From: Spirochaetia bacterium
Lineage (GTDB): Bacteria; Spirochaetota; Spirochaetia; SZUA-6; Bin103
Assembly: GCA_965208575.1 (NCBI GenBank)
Contig: CBDBOV010000006.1
Coordinates: 96,001-160,000 of the forward strand
Direction of reading: 5' to 3'
DNA length: 64,000 nucleotides
Under the pieces are notes generated by a model. That model was not told the origin of the DNA. It did no database searches and worked only from the letters and a program-made list of their open reading frames with translations. Each line of letters begins with the position of its first letter. Position 1 is the stretch's first letter. A program made the translations under genes and the position numbers. Positions 48,008 to 59,136 of this stretch are shown here, piece by piece.

Positions 48008-48940
48008 ATGAGCGACGCCATAGGGATACCTTCAGCAGTAAGTGAGCCAAAGAGACGTGCCGGGCTGGCTGCTTTCTTCATCAGGCTGGTCAAGGAGAAG
48101 CCACTGGGTACTGTCAGCGGGATTATCTTATTGATATTGATTCTTGTCGCTATCTTTGCCGATGTTTTGACCCCTTATTCATATGATGAATTACACCTGG
48201 TAGACAGGCTTCAGGGTTCATCAGCCAAGTATTTCCTGGGTACTGACCAAGTGGGGCGAGACTTCTTGAGCCGCATTATCTTTGGGGCTCGTATTTCCGT
48301 ACTTATCGGTCTGACAGTGACCACTCTTAATGTTGTGCTCAGTACCCTGATAGGCGGCATCTCAGGATTCTTTGGTGGTAAATTGGACCTGGGTGTGCAG
48401 AGATTTGTTGATACCTGGATTAGTTTCCCGGGACTGCTCCTGTTGTTAACCGTAATGTCCATAGTGGGAAGGGGTTTGCCACAGATAATACTGGTTCTGG
48501 GGATATCAGGAGGCATCGCCGGCAGTAGAGTAATCCGAAGCGCCGTCATTGGCATTAAAGAGAATGTGTATTTTGAGGCGGCTGAGGCGATTGGCAGCTC
48601 AAGATTGAGACCATTTCTGCGACATGTCGTGCCCAATCTTATGCCTATCATAATCATTTCATTCAGCATGCGTATAGGAGACGTAATCCTGACTTTGGCT
48701 TCTCTGGGCTTCCTCGGATTCGGTCTGCCTCCCGGGATTCCTGATTGGGGTGGTCTGCTCAGCCAGGAAGGACGTAGGTTCATGGATATAGCGCCACACC
48801 TGGCTCTCTGGCCGGGTCTTGCCCTGACGATTACCGTTTGGAGTCTAAACATGTTCGGCGATGCCGTCCGGGACCTGCTTGACCCGAGGCTGAGGGGCGG
48901 TGGCGGTGGTCTCGGTGCCGGAGCCGCCGGGTCGGTTTAA
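48008..48940 (+). CDS. ABC permease (DppC-like)
   Basis: LGTDQVGRDFLSR, GDAVRDLLDPR. Confidence 0.93.
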   Translation: MSDAIGIPSAVSEPKRRAGLAAFFIRLVKEKPLGTVSGIILLILILVAIFADVLTPYSYDELHLVDRLQGSSAKYFLGTDQVGRDFLSRIIFGARISVLIGLTVTTLNVVLSTLIGGISGFFGGKLDLGVQRFVDTWISFPGLLLLLTVMSIVGRGLPQIILVLGISGGIAGSRVIRSAVIGIKENVYFEAAEAIGSSRLRPFLRHVVPNLMPIIIISFSMRIGDVILTLASLGFLGFGLPPGIPDWGGLLSQEGRRFMDIAPHLALWPGLALTITVWSLNMFGDAVRDLLDPRLRGGGGGLGAGAAGSV

Positions 48941-49117
48941 GAGAGCCATCATGGGTCTCCCAGTACGGATGCGCGCCTGCGGCGGCCGAGGTGGCCACGC
49001 GCGCCTGCACATCTCGGCCGTCCGACCGACCGTAGACGGTCCCCTTCATTGATGACCCGCAGGTCTTTCGGCGGTACGAGATCGGTGATTTCGATGTTCG
49101 TGCCGCGATCAGCCACT

Positions 49118-49336
49118 CTACATCCCGCGGATGAGTGCGACCGCGTGCAATTCCTGGGTGTCGTTGTCTTCTTCCACTATCCCCAACGACCTGCCCTTGG
49201 TCGTTTCCCGCTCGACCAACACGAGCACTGCGAGCGCACGGCGCACCGCCTCCGGCTTGCTGACCCGGTTCCTCGTCGCGAAACTCGTCAACACCTCATC
49301 GAAGCTGTGCGACAGTTCCAGGGTCATACGGCGCAT
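49118..49336 (-). CDS. Small CopG/RHH-like DNA-binding protein
   Basis: RBS GGAGG; MRRMTLEL...SKPEAVRRALA. Confidence 0.65.
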   Translation of the reverse strand: MRRMTLELSHSFDEVLTSFATRNRVSKPEAVRRALAVLVLVERETTKGRSLGIVEEDNDTQELHAVALIRGM

Positions 49337-49594
49337 GGCAGTACCTCCCAATAGAGCACCCGTGAGAGCGGCGCGCCAACATGCTACAGGAGTGCCGCCG
49401 GCATCGTCAAACTCCGGAAGCCTCGACGGCCTCGACCCGGAGCCTCTCGAAGAGCGCCGCCGCACACCTGTCATGACGGCGCCGTGGACGCGGCTGAACG
49501 AGCTTGACGGCATGCCGAGGCAGTGTAAGTATCGGTCACGGGTATCGTTGGCGCCGGGCAGGTTCCGGCGTCCCTTCAAGAACAGGAGGTCAGT

Positions 49595-51631
49595 ATGACT
49601 CGATCAATGACTCGATCAATGAGAGGAGCCGCGTGGTGTGCGCTCTTCATGGCAGCGGCCATCCTGCCGGGAGCGGTGTTTGCCGCGGGCGCGGAGGACA
49701 CCGCGGCGGCGCCCGAGGCGGCAGCGGAGGGCGCATACAACTACGAACATGAGTTCGGCACCTACCACTGGGTCACTCCGGGGGCGTTCACGCAGGCGAC
49801 CGGCCAGACCGTGGGGGACTACACGGAGGCGCCGCAACTGGCGCAGTTGGTGAGCGAGGGCAAGCTGCCGCCGGTCGACGAGCGGCTGCCGCTGGAGCCG
49901 CTGGTGCTGGGGCGCGAGATCGGCACCTACGGCGGCACCCTGCACGTGGGCGGCGGCCACTTCGCCGCATTCCAGTACGCGGGCACCCCGTACAGCAACT
50001 ACGGCGTGGGACTCGCCGAGCACACCTGGACCGCCGGCACCTATCCGAACCTGGTGAAGGGCTGGGACGTGGAAGACGGCGGCAGGAAGTACACCCTGCA
50101 CCTGCGCGAAGGCCTGCGCTACTCGGACGGCGAGCCATTCACGGCGGACGACATCATGTTCTGGTGGGAGCACATCGTACCGACCAATCCCACCTTCCCC
50201 GACCTGTTCACGCGCATCATCATCTCCACCGGCCTGTACGACAACGTGGTCAAGATCGACGACCACACGGTGCGCGTCGAGTACAGCAAGCCGTCCGACA
50301 ACCTGTTCTGGGTGCACTTCGGCAAGGCGGTACCCGCCCACCAGAAGAAGTACTTCAGCCAGTTCCACCCCGAGTTCCGGGACAAGGACGAGCTGGACGC
50401 ACTGGTGAAGGAGGCGGGGTTCAGCAACTGGATCGAGCTCTACGAGCACAAGCTGGACATCCGCGGCAACGCCAACCCCGAACGCCCCATCCTGCTGGCG
50501 TGGGCGCTGAAGCAGGTGCCGCCCGGCGACTACATCCTGGAGCGCAACCCCTACTTCTGGGCGGTTGACCCGGCCGGCCAGCAGCTCCCCTATCTCGACC
50601 GCATCTACTACTTCGCCGGGCTGGAACCGGAGGTGCGCAACCTGAAGGCGCAGGCGGGCGAGCTGGACTTCGCCGACGTGCCGATGGACACCTACCGGCT
50701 GATCAAGGAGAAGGAGTCGGAGGGCAAGATCCGCGGCCAGCGCATGGCCGGCGTGGGCCTGAACTCGGCGCAGCTCAGCTTCAACCTGAACCATAGGGAT
50801 CCGGCGGTGCGGGAGATCTTCATGGACAAGCGGTTCCGGATCGCCGCCTCGCACGCGCTCAACCGCGAGCGCATCAGCGAGCTGGTGTTCCTGGGACTGG
50901 TGCCGCCGTGGCAGGTCGCCTCGCACGCGGGCAGCGACTACTACCACGAGCGCATGGCGCACTCCTACATCGAGTACGATCCGGACAAGACGAGGGCGAT
51001 GTTCGACGAGATCGGCCTGCCGGTCGGCGATGACGGCTTCCGCAGGCGGCTCGACGGCGAGAAGCTGCAGATCAACCTGCTCACCTGGGACAACGCGCGG
51101 CTGCAGTCGGCCAGGATCGCGGAGATGATGGCCGAGGATCTGCAGGCGGTCGGCCTGGACGTCAACCTGAAGGTCATGGAGAGCAGCGTGGTGCGGCAGA
51201 CCACCACCGCGAACGACCAGGACGCGGTGATGGTGCCGGGCGCCTGGACCACCATCGAGGGCGGCTTCTGGCTGGGCAACTCGGCCACCGCGTTCGTGCC
51301 GGTGCACACCAACGGCAGCATGCACGCCCAACTCTGGTACGAGTGGTACGAGTCGTTCGGCGAGAAGGGCGAGCGACCGCCGCCGGAAATGGAGCAGGTG
51401 ATGGAGTGGTACCGCGAGGGCCTGGGCACCATCGACGCCGCCGAGCGCAAGGATATCTGGTTCCGGATGGTCGACGTGGCCGCCGACAACCTGTGGGTCA
51501 TCGGCACGGTGCAGCACCCGGGCTACTTCAAGGTGATCAACACCAAGCTCGCCAACTACCCGGAGGACACCCTGCCGTGGGACCGGGGCGGCGACAAGGG
51601 GCGCCCCGAGATCTGGTTCTACCGCGAGTAG
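49595..51631 (+). CDS. ABC substrate-binding protein, family 5 (module 1)
   Basis: RBS AGGAGG; EAPQLA...LPPVDERLP; DRGGDKGRP C-terminus. Confidence 0.93.
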   Translation: MTRSMTRSMRGAAWCALFMAAAILPGAVFAAGAEDTAAAPEAAAEGAYNYEHEFGTYHWVTPGAFTQATGQTVGDYTEAPQLAQLVSEGKLPPVDERLPLEPLVLGREIGTYGGTLHVGGGHFAAFQYAGTPYSNYGVGLAEHTWTAGTYPNLVKGWDVEDGGRKYTLHLREGLRYSDGEPFTADDIMFWWEHIVPTNPTFPDLFTRIIISTGLYDNVVKIDDHTVRVEYSKPSDNLFWVHFGKAVPAHQKKYFSQFHPEFRDKDELDALVKEAGFSNWIELYEHKLDIRGNANPERPILLAWALKQVPPGDYILERNPYFWAVDPAGQQLPYLDRIYYFAGLEPEVRNLKAQAGELDFADVPMDTYRLIKEKESEGKIRGQRMAGVGLNSAQLSFNLNHRDPAVREIFMDKRFRIAASHALNRERISELVFLGLVPPWQVASHAGSDYYHERMAHSYIEYDPDKTRAMFDEIGLPVGDDGFRRRLDGEKLQINLLTWDNARLQSARIAEMMAEDLQAVGLDVNLKVMESSVVRQTTTANDQDAVMVPGAWTTIEGGFWLGNSATAFVPVHTNGSMHAQLWYEWYESFGEKGERPPPEMEQVMEWYREGLGTIDAAERKDIWFRMVDVAADNLWVIGTVQHPGYFKVINTKLANYPEDTLPWDRGGDKGRPEIWFYRE

Positions 51632-51834
51632 CGAGTGGAAGGGCTGACGCGTCCGCGGCGAGAGCCCGGGCGCGGTCGGCAGCCCGCGGCGGAACCCGGC
51701 GTCGCACCGAGAGCGCCGCATGCAATGCAGCCGGAGCTTCGCCACGGGCTGCGGAGAAGCCTGAGGCCGGCCGGCGGACGGTGGGCGTGCTGCCAGCCGC
51801 CGCCCGCCGGCCGCCACTGGCCTGAGCGCCGATC

Positions 51835-52821
51835 ATGACCGAATACCTGATTCGCCGCCTGCTGCTGATCGTCCCGGTCCTGCTGCTCATCTCGGTGCTC
51901 GCCTTCATCGTGATGGAGGCGCCGCCGGGCGACTTCGTCACCTCCTACATGATGCGGCAGGCGGAGGCGGGCGCCCTGTTCGACGGCGCCGGCGTCGAGG
52001 AGGGGCTGCGCGCGATGTGGGGGCTGGACAAGCCGTGGTACGTGCGCTACCTGCGCTGGCTCGGCAACCTGGCCCGCGGCGACCTGGGCTACTCGCTGTT
52101 CTGGCAGGCGCCGGTGGACGAGATCATCGCCTCGCGCTTCATCCTCAGCATGACGGTGGCGCTCGCCGCAACCGTGCTGGTGTGGGTGATCGCGTTCCCG
52201 ATCGGCATCTACTCGGCCACCCGGCAATACTCCCTGTCCGACAACGCCGTCACCTTCGTCGGCTTCCTCGGGCTCTCCATCCCCAATTTCCTGCTGGCGC
52301 TGATCATGATGTATCTCGCCAACCGCTTCCTGAACATTTCGATCGGCGGCCTGTTCTCGCAGAAGTACGTCACCGCCGAGTGGAGCTGGGGAAAGCTGCT
52401 CGACTTCCTCGGACACCTGTGGGTGCCGATCATCGTGATCGGGGTGGCCGGCACCGCCGGGCTGATCCGGATTCTGCGCGCCAACCTGCTGGACGAGATC
52501 AGCAAGTCGTACGTGGAGATGGCGCGCGCCAAGGGGCTGCGCGAGACCGTGCTGATCATGAAGTACCCGGTGCGCATCGCCATCAACCCGTTCATCTCGT
52601 CGATCGGCTGGGTGCTTCCCGGCATGATCTCCGGCGACGTGATCGTGTCGGTGGTGCTCGGCCTGCCCACCGCCGGGCCGCTGTTCCTGCAGGCGCTGCG
52701 GCAGCAGGACATGATGCTGGCCGGCGCCTACATCATGCTGATCTCGGTGTGCACGGTGGTCGGAATCCTGCTGTCGGACATCCTGCTGGCCGTGGTCGAT
52801 CCGCGCATCAGGTACCATTAG
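51835..52821 (+). CDS. ABC permease B (module 1)
   Basis: MTEYLIRR, MARAKG, DPRIRY. Confidence 0.93.
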   Translation: MTEYLIRRLLLIVPVLLLISVLAFIVMEAPPGDFVTSYMMRQAEAGALFDGAGVEEGLRAMWGLDKPWYVRYLRWLGNLARGDLGYSLFWQAPVDEIIASRFILSMTVALAATVLVWVIAFPIGIYSATRQYSLSDNAVTFVGFLGLSIPNFLLALIMMYLANRFLNISIGGLFSQKYVTAEWSWGKLLDFLGHLWVPIIVIGVAGTAGLIRILRANLLDEISKSYVEMARAKGLRETVLIMKYPVRIAINPFISSIGWVLPGMISGDVIVSVVLGLPTAGPLFLQALRQQDMMLAGAYIMLISVCTVVGILLSDILLAVVDPRIRYH

Positions 52822-52987
52822 AGGCGCGTCGGGATGCGGCAGGCCAATCCGAAACAAGTGGCCGGCGACCGATGCACGTGCGGCACGGTGCGCCGCGGTT
52901 GGCGTCCTGGATCGACCGCGCCGGCTCACCGTGCCAGCCGGTGGCGCCGCACCGCGCGCCGGTCGGCGGCGGTTGCGGGGCACTGAC

Positions 52988-54100
52988 GTGGCAACCGATC
53001 TGGCGGCCCACGAAGCGCTGGCCGCGCCGCGCGCGAGCATCCCGCAGTGGCGGCTGGTGTGGCGCAAGTTCCGCAAGAGCCGGCTGGCGGTGGCCGGCGC
53101 CGTGGTCATCGTCATGTGCTACCTCATGGCCGCCTTCGCCGAGTTCTGCGCGCCCTACGATCCGCGCTTCCGCGACGTGGACCACCCGGCCGCGCCGCCG
53201 ATGCGGGTGCGCCTGTTCGCCGACGGAACGCTGCACCGGCCGTTCGTGTACGGCGTTGTGCAAACGGTGAACATGGAGACCCTTACCCGGAGCTACGAGA
53301 TCGACCCCGACCGGCGCCACCCGCTGGCCCTGTTCGTGCGCGGCGACGGCTACCGCCTGTGGGACCTGTGGGACGGAGAGATTCACTTGTTCGGCACCGC
53401 CGACGGCGGCCGGGCGTACCTGCTCGGCACCGACCGCGACGGCCGCGACCTCCTGTCGCGCATCATCCTCGGCTCCCGGCTGTCGCTGTCGATCGGCCTG
53501 GTGGGGGTGGCGCTGAGCTTCTGCTTCGGCATCGTGCTCGGTTCGGTCTCCGGCTATTTCGGCGGCGCGGTGGACATGGTGATCCAGCGCTTCATCGAGG
53601 TGCTCACCTCCATCCCCACCCTGCCGCTGTGGATGGGCCTGAGCGCCGCCCTGCCGCTGCGCTGGCCGGTGGTGAAGGTGTTCTTCTTCATCTCCCTGAT
53701 CCTGTCGCTGCTCGGCTGGCCGGAGCTGGCGCGGGTGGTGCGCGGCAAGTACCTGTCGCTGCGCGAGGAGGACTTCATCACCTCGGCGGTGCTGGACGGG
53801 GTGGGCACCCGCGGCGTGATCTTCCGCCACATGCTGCCGTCGTTCATGAGCCACATCATCGCCGCGGCGACCCTGGCGGTGCCGAGCATGATCCTGGCGG
53901 AGACCGCGCTCAGCTTTCTCGGCATCGGCCTGCGCCCGCCGGCGGTGAGTTGGGGCGTGCTGCTGCAGGACGCGCAGAGCGTCGACTCGGTGGTGGCGAT
54001 GCCGTGGCTGTTCACGCCCGGCCTGTTCGTGGTGGTCAGCGTGCTCGCCTTCAACTTCTTCGGCGACGGCCTCCGCGACGCCGCCGACCCCTACAAGTAG
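52988..54100 (+). CDS. ABC permease C (module 1)
   Basis: GTDRDGRDLLSR, DAADPYK; start uncertain. Confidence 0.92.
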   Translation: MATDLAAHEALAAPRASIPQWRLVWRKFRKSRLAVAGAVVIVMCYLMAAFAEFCAPYDPRFRDVDHPAAPPMRVRLFADGTLHRPFVYGVVQTVNMETLTRSYEIDPDRRHPLALFVRGDGYRLWDLWDGEIHLFGTADGGRAYLLGTDRDGRDLLSRIILGSRLSLSIGLVGVALSFCFGIVLGSVSGYFGGAVDMVIQRFIEVLTSIPTLPLWMGLSAALPLRWPVVKVFFFISLILSLLGWPELARVVRGKYLSLREEDFITSAVLDGVGTRGVIFRHMLPSFMSHIIAAATLAVPSMILAETALSFLGIGLRPPAVSWGVLLQDAQSVDSVVAMPWLFTPGLFVVVSVLAFNFFGDGLRDAADPYK

Positions 54101-54142
54101 GGGGGCCGTTCCACCACATTCCGTCGCCGGGCGCCGGCGAAG

Positions 54143-55708
54143 TCAGGCGTCGGCTACTTCGAACGCCGTGAGGTTACGCGTTGCGCGGCTGAATTCTACT
54201 CCGACCAGGTGGATCGGCTCGCCTCGTCCCCGGTACTTCGCCGCGTAGTCGCGCGCCTGCAACTGCGCCAGCGCCGATCCCGGCGGCGCCATCTCCGCCA
54301 CCTTGAACTCGAACAGGTACACGTGCCCGTACGCGCGCACCGCCATGTCCAGCCGCCCGTGGCTGCTCGACTCTTCCACCGCGATCTCGTACCCCAGCGC
54401 GGCGAAGTAGGAGTAGAACACGCTCGCGTAGAAGCCCTCGTACTCGGCAATGTCGTTGTTGGTGTACCATTGGTAGGGAATGCTCGCGTAGAACGCCTGA
54501 AACAGCTCCTTCAGCCCCGCGCAGTCGTGCGCTTCAAGCAGCCGCGCCAGCCGCATGCTGTTCGCCGTCTGCCGGTCGGCATCCTGCACCAGGTGCAGCA
54601 GCAGTTGTTCGTTCAGGCTCTCACGCACCTCCCGGTTCGGATAGCCGAGCCGATAGAGCGTCCTGCCTCCCAGCCGCTCTTCTCCCGTTATCGTCAGGTA
54701 GCCGGTCTGGAACAGCAGCGCCTCGGTGCCGATGTGCTCAGCGGCGGAGCGGCCGCCGACGTCGAACGCCGACAGCAGTCTCTCCGTGCTCACCATCTCG
54801 TCCAGTGCCACCGTCGACACCCGACGCTTGAACAGCGTCTCCACCAGGAACGCCGGCGTCCCGGTCTCGAACCAGTGCGCGGCGAACCGCCGCCGCCTGA
54901 GCAGCAGCAGCACGTCGTAGGGGTTGTACACCTTCTCGTCGCCCAGCCAGCCGTAGCCGTTGTACCACTCGCGCACCCGCTCCCGGTCCAGGCCGGCCAT
55001 CTCGGGGCCGAACACCGTGTCCAGGTCACGCTCGGTGTAGCCGCAGATCGACGAGTAGACCGGATCGAGCGTGATGTCCGTGAGGTTGTTCAGTTGGGAA
55101 AAGAGGTTCACCTTGGAGAACTTGCTGATGCCGGTAAGGAACGCGAACCGCACGTGTGCGTCGCTGTCCTTGATCACGCCGTACAGGCCGCGCAGGAAGT
55201 CACGGTTGGCGCGCGCCACTTCGGGCTTTTCCAGCGCGTCCAGGATCGGCTTGTCGTACTCGTCCACCAGCACTGCCACGCGCTGCTCCGCCCTCAGATG
55301 CAGTACTTCGAGCAGGTGAGCGAACCGCTCCGGCGCCGTGGCGTAATCAGACCTCGCACCGGTCCGCCGCTGCACGGCATCCAACTGCGCCATCACGTTA
55401 CCTTCAACCGTGTCCGGTTCTCCGAAATGGCGGCCGCCAAAGCTCAACCGCACCACCGGGTGGCGAGCCGACCAGTCCCACCGCTCGTGGATGTACAGCC
55501 CCGCGAACAGCTCCTCGCTGCCCTCGAACAGCTCCCCCAGCGTGTCCAGTAACAGGCTCTTCCCGAACCGCCTCGGACGTGACAGGAAGTAGTGGGTGCC
55601 TTCGTCCAACAGACGTTCGATGAAGTACGTCTTGTCGACATAGTAGCAGTCCCGCTCCCGCAGCGTGCGGAATGTCTGTATGCCGATCGGCAGTCTGCGG
55701 CGGGTCAC
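54143..55708 (-). CDS. AAA-ATPase-like domain plus C-terminal PD-(D/E)XK nuclease
   Basis: LPIGIQTF, YVDKT, RPRRFGKS, VDEYDKP, GRLDMAV...YLFEFK. Confidence 0.9.
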   Translation of the reverse strand: MTRRRLPIGIQTFRTLRERDCYYVDKTYFIERLLDEGTHYFLSRPRRFGKSLLLDTLGELFEGSEELFAGLYIHERWDWSARHPVVRLSFGGRHFGEPDTVEGNVMAQLDAVQRRTGARSDYATAPERFAHLLEVLHLRAEQRVAVLVDEYDKPILDALEKPEVARANRDFLRGLYGVIKDSDAHVRFAFLTGISKFSKVNLFSQLNNLTDITLDPVYSSICGYTERDLDTVFGPEMAGLDRERVREWYNGYGWLGDEKVYNPYDVLLLLRRRRFAAHWFETGTPAFLVETLFKRRVSTVALDEMVSTERLLSAFDVGGRSAAEHIGTEALLFQTGYLTITGEERLGGRTLYRLGYPNREVRESLNEQLLLHLVQDADRQTANSMRLARLLEAHDCAGLKELFQAFYASIPYQWYTNNDIAEYEGFYASVFYSYFAALGYEIAVEESSSHGRLDMAVRAYGHVYLFEFKVAEMAPPGSALAQLQARDYAAKYRGRGEPIHLVGVEFSRATRNLTAFEVADA

Positions 55709-56062
55709 CGGCTCATCCTACCCTATGCGCGCCGGCTCTGTCGGGGACTCGGGGAAGCAGCGAGTTGACGCCGGCGGCCGACGGCAGGGGCGTCCTCGAC
55801 AGCCGCAGGCTGCGGCCGCCGCTGCGACGATGGCCGCTGTGGCCAACGCTTCGCTTCCTTGACGGGCACTCACAACCGTGCTACCAACAAAGGTCATAAC
55901 AGATACGGGAGGTGACGACGGAAGGGAATACCGAGAAGCGCTGAGGATCGAGACGCATCACGAGCCGGACGCTGCCTGACTCTCATTACATCCATCGAAA
56001 GAAACCTCAGGATTTAGCCGTTTGCAGTACATACCGGATCAACTGTTTCTGGAGGAACAAAC

Positions 56063-58045
56063 ATGAACAGGAGACACGGAACGGCACTTGTCATTGGCAT
56101 TATCGCGCTGAGCATGTCCACACCATTTGTGTTCGCTGCCGCCGCCGACGAGACCGCCGCCGAGGCCGCTCCCGAGCAGGACATGGTGGTCTATGACACC
56201 TACCACTGGGCGACGCCTGCCGAGTTCGAACAAGCCACGGGCCAACAGGTGGGCGAGTACAACGAAGCTCCCATGCTGGCCGCCATGGTTGCCGCGGGAG
56301 ACCTGCCACCCGTAGAAGACAGGCTGCCGAACGAACCACTGGTGATAGGCAAGAAGATCGGCAAGTACGGCGGCACCATGTACATGGCCAACCCGTGGAA
56401 GGCCTGGTCCTACGGGGCGGAGCCTTACAGCCTGTACGGGTTCGGCATAGCGGAACACACCTGGACCTACCACATCTACCCGAACCTGGCGAAGAGCTAC
56501 GACATGGAGGATGCGGGCCGGGGCTGGGTGATACACCTCCGCGAGGGCCTGAAGTGGTCCGATGGAGCGCCGTTCACCGCCGATGACGTGGTATTCTGGT
56601 GGGAAGACATCACCACGATGCAACCGCATCCCGACGTGTTCACCAAGCACCAGATGGAGACGCACGTCTACAAGGGCGTCGAAAAGATCGACGACTACAC
56701 CCTCAGGTTCACCTTCAACGGCCCCACGCGCGACGTATTCTTCAGCGTCCAGGCGGGCAAGGCGATCGCCGGATTCGCCAAGCACTACTTCAAGCAGTTC
56801 CATCCCACCTATGCGGACGCAGGGGACCTGGATGCGCTTGTGAAGGAAGGCGGGTTCGATTCCTGGCAGACGCTGTTCGCCAACAAGTTCGATCAGCGCG
56901 GCCTGCACAACACGGAACGGCCGGTGCTGCTTCCCTGGACCCTGTCCAAGGGCACTCCCGGCGACATCATCATGACCAGGAACCCGTACTACTGGGTGGT
57001 GGACCCGGCCGGCAATCAGCTCCCCTATATCGACGAACTGTACCGCTTCATGGAGCTGGAGTTGGAGACCATCAACCTGAAGGCGCTCGCCGGCGAGCTG
57101 GACGTGGCGCGAGTCAGCATGGAGACCTACAATATCGCCAAGGACCGCGAGGACCAGGGCAAGATTGTCGCGGCACGGTACGCGGCTTCGGACCGCGTGC
57201 ACACCGCGTTCGGATTCAACTTGACGCACAAGGATCCGGTCCTGAGAGAGATCTTCCGGGACAAGCGGTTTCGATTCGCCACCTCCCATGCCCTCAATCG
57301 CGAGCAGATGAACGAGCTGGTGTTCAATGGCTTGTCGCGGCCGTGGCAGGACGGGACGCCGGAGGGCGATCCTTACTACCACGAGCGGCTGGCAACCACG
57401 GCGACCGAGTACGATCCGGACAAGGCAAACGCCCTGCTGGACGAAATGGGCCTGGAGAAGGGCTCGGACGGGTTCCGCACACGTCCCGATGGCAGCAAGC
57501 TTCAGATCACCATGATCAGCCGCACCAACCGGGGGCCCGGGGAGCGCATCGCGGAGCTGATAGCCGACGACCTGAAGGCGGTCGGGCTGGACGTCAACCT
57601 GCGGATTGTCGAGCGCAGCCTGATGGTCGAGACGTGCCGTGCCAATGAAATCGAGATGAAGGTCGACGACGGCGGAGCAGCCGGCATGACGTTCAGCGGC
57701 TACTTCGAAGGCCACCTGGTGCCGGCGCATCCGACCTGCCCCTTCTCGCCGGGGTGGCAACGTTGGGGGGTGGATCCGAGCACGGGCGAGGAACCGCTTC
57801 CCGCCATGCAGGAGGCCATGGCGGCCTATAGAGCGGGTTTCGAGACCATCGACCTGGCGGAGCGCCAGGAACTGTGGGCACGGGTGGCCGATATCGGCGC
57901 CGACAACCTGTGGGCGGTCGGCACCGTCACGTCGCCGGGTTACTTCAAGATATACAGTTCACGCCTGGACAACTGGCCCACGGACGAACTGCCGTTCGAC
58001 CGTGGCGGCGACAAGGGACGCCCCGACATCTACTTCTTCAAGTAG
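56063..58045 (+). CDS. ABC substrate-binding protein, family 5 (module 2)
   Basis: RBS GGAGG; paralog of 49595-51631 (AEHTWT, YPNL, DRGGDKGRP). Confidence 0.93.
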   Translation: MNRRHGTALVIGIIALSMSTPFVFAAAADETAAEAAPEQDMVVYDTYHWATPAEFEQATGQQVGEYNEAPMLAAMVAAGDLPPVEDRLPNEPLVIGKKIGKYGGTMYMANPWKAWSYGAEPYSLYGFGIAEHTWTYHIYPNLAKSYDMEDAGRGWVIHLREGLKWSDGAPFTADDVVFWWEDITTMQPHPDVFTKHQMETHVYKGVEKIDDYTLRFTFNGPTRDVFFSVQAGKAIAGFAKHYFKQFHPTYADAGDLDALVKEGGFDSWQTLFANKFDQRGLHNTERPVLLPWTLSKGTPGDIIMTRNPYYWVVDPAGNQLPYIDELYRFMELELETINLKALAGELDVARVSMETYNIAKDREDQGKIVAARYAASDRVHTAFGFNLTHKDPVLREIFRDKRFRFATSHALNREQMNELVFNGLSRPWQDGTPEGDPYYHERLATTATEYDPDKANALLDEMGLEKGSDGFRTRPDGSKLQITMISRTNRGPGERIAELIADDLKAVGLDVNLRIVERSLMVETCRANEIEMKVDDGGAAGMTFSGYFEGHLVPAHPTCPFSPGWQRWGVDPSTGEEPLPAMQEAMAAYRAGFETIDLAERQELWARVADIGADNLWAVGTVTSPGYFKIYSSRLDNWPTDELPFDRGGDKGRPDIYFFK

Positions 58046-58063
58046 TATCGGCTCTGGAACCGG

Positions 58064-58094
58064 CGGGAGGGGAGCGCCATATGCTCCCCTCCCG
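58064..58094. terminator. 12-bp hairpin between SBP and permease
   Basis: CGGGAGGGGAGC...GCTCCCCTCCCG. Confidence 0.6.
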
Positions 58095-58145
58095 AATTCT
58101 CTGCGCTACCGCGAGCCAGCACGCTTATTCGCACCAATTTGACGC

Positions 58146-59132
58146 ATGGTAGATTACCTGATTCGACGCATTCTGCTCGTCCTGCCAACTCTCCTCGTCG
58201 TATCCATTCTTGCGTTCCTGGTGATGGAAGCGCCGCCCGGCGACTTCGTTACCACCTACATCGCGGGCCAAGCCACCTTGGGCGTACAGGTCGGCGGCAT
58301 CGAAGTCGAAGAGCAGTTGCGGGAGATCTGGGGCCTCGACAAACCGCTGCACATTCGCTACCTCAGGTGGATCGGCAACCTGCTCAGGGGCGAGCTCGGC
58401 TACTCGCTGTTCTGGCAGGCACCGGTCAAGGAAATCATCGCTTCCCGGTTTATCCTCAGCATGGTGATACCGGCCGTGGCCACCGGATTCGTCTGGGTCG
58501 TGGCATTTCCCATCGGCATCTACTCGGCCACCCACCAGTACTCGGCTTCCGATACAACACTGACCCTGCTCGGCTTTCTCGGCCTGTCCATCCCCAACTT
58601 CCTGCTGGCCCTCGTTCTGATCTATCTCGGCAACACCTATTTCGGCATTTCGGTCGGCGGTCTGTTTTCCAAGGAATATCTCAGAGCTTCGTGGAGCCTG
58701 GGAAAGGCACTCGACTTCATCAAGCACCTGTGGATTCCGATCATCGTCGTCGGCACCGCCGGAACGGCTGGTTTGATCCGCATCATTCGCGCCAACCTGC
58801 TTGACGAAATAGGCAAGTCGTACGTGGAAATGGCCAGGTCCAAGGGCCTGTCGGAACCGCGGCTCATTTTCAAATACCCGGTACGGATCGCCATCAGTCC
58901 GTTCATTTCGTCGATCGGCTGGGTGTTGCCGGGAATGATCTCCGGCGAGGTGATCGTGTCCGTGGTGCTCGGCCTGCCGACCGCCGGTCCGATATTCCTG
59001 CGCGCGCTGCGCATGCAGGACATGCAGCTCGCCGGTGCCTATATCATGCTCATTTCGGTATTCACGATCGTCGGGGTGTTTCTGTCCGATATTCTGCTGG
59101 TCATTGTCGACCCGAGAATCCGGTATACCTGA
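58146..59132 (+). CDS. ABC permease B (module 2)
   Basis: 328 aa, collinear paralog of 51835-52821. Confidence 0.93.
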   Translation: MVDYLIRRILLVLPTLLVVSILAFLVMEAPPGDFVTTYIAGQATLGVQVGGIEVEEQLREIWGLDKPLHIRYLRWIGNLLRGELGYSLFWQAPVKEIIASRFILSMVIPAVATGFVWVVAFPIGIYSATHQYSASDTTLTLLGFLGLSIPNFLLALVLIYLGNTYFGISVGGLFSKEYLRASWSLGKALDFIKHLWIPIIVVGTAGTAGLIRIIRANLLDEIGKSYVEMARSKGLSEPRLIFKYPVRIAISPFISSIGWVLPGMISGEVIVSVVLGLPTAGPIFLRALRMQDMQLAGAYIMLISVFTIVGVFLSDILLVIVDPRIRYT

Positions 59133-59136
59133 CGAA

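Noticed and set aside
49595-49621. 12-bp tandem duplication ATGACTCGATCA at the SBP start
   Set aside because: In frame, adds only MTRS; too few units for phase variation
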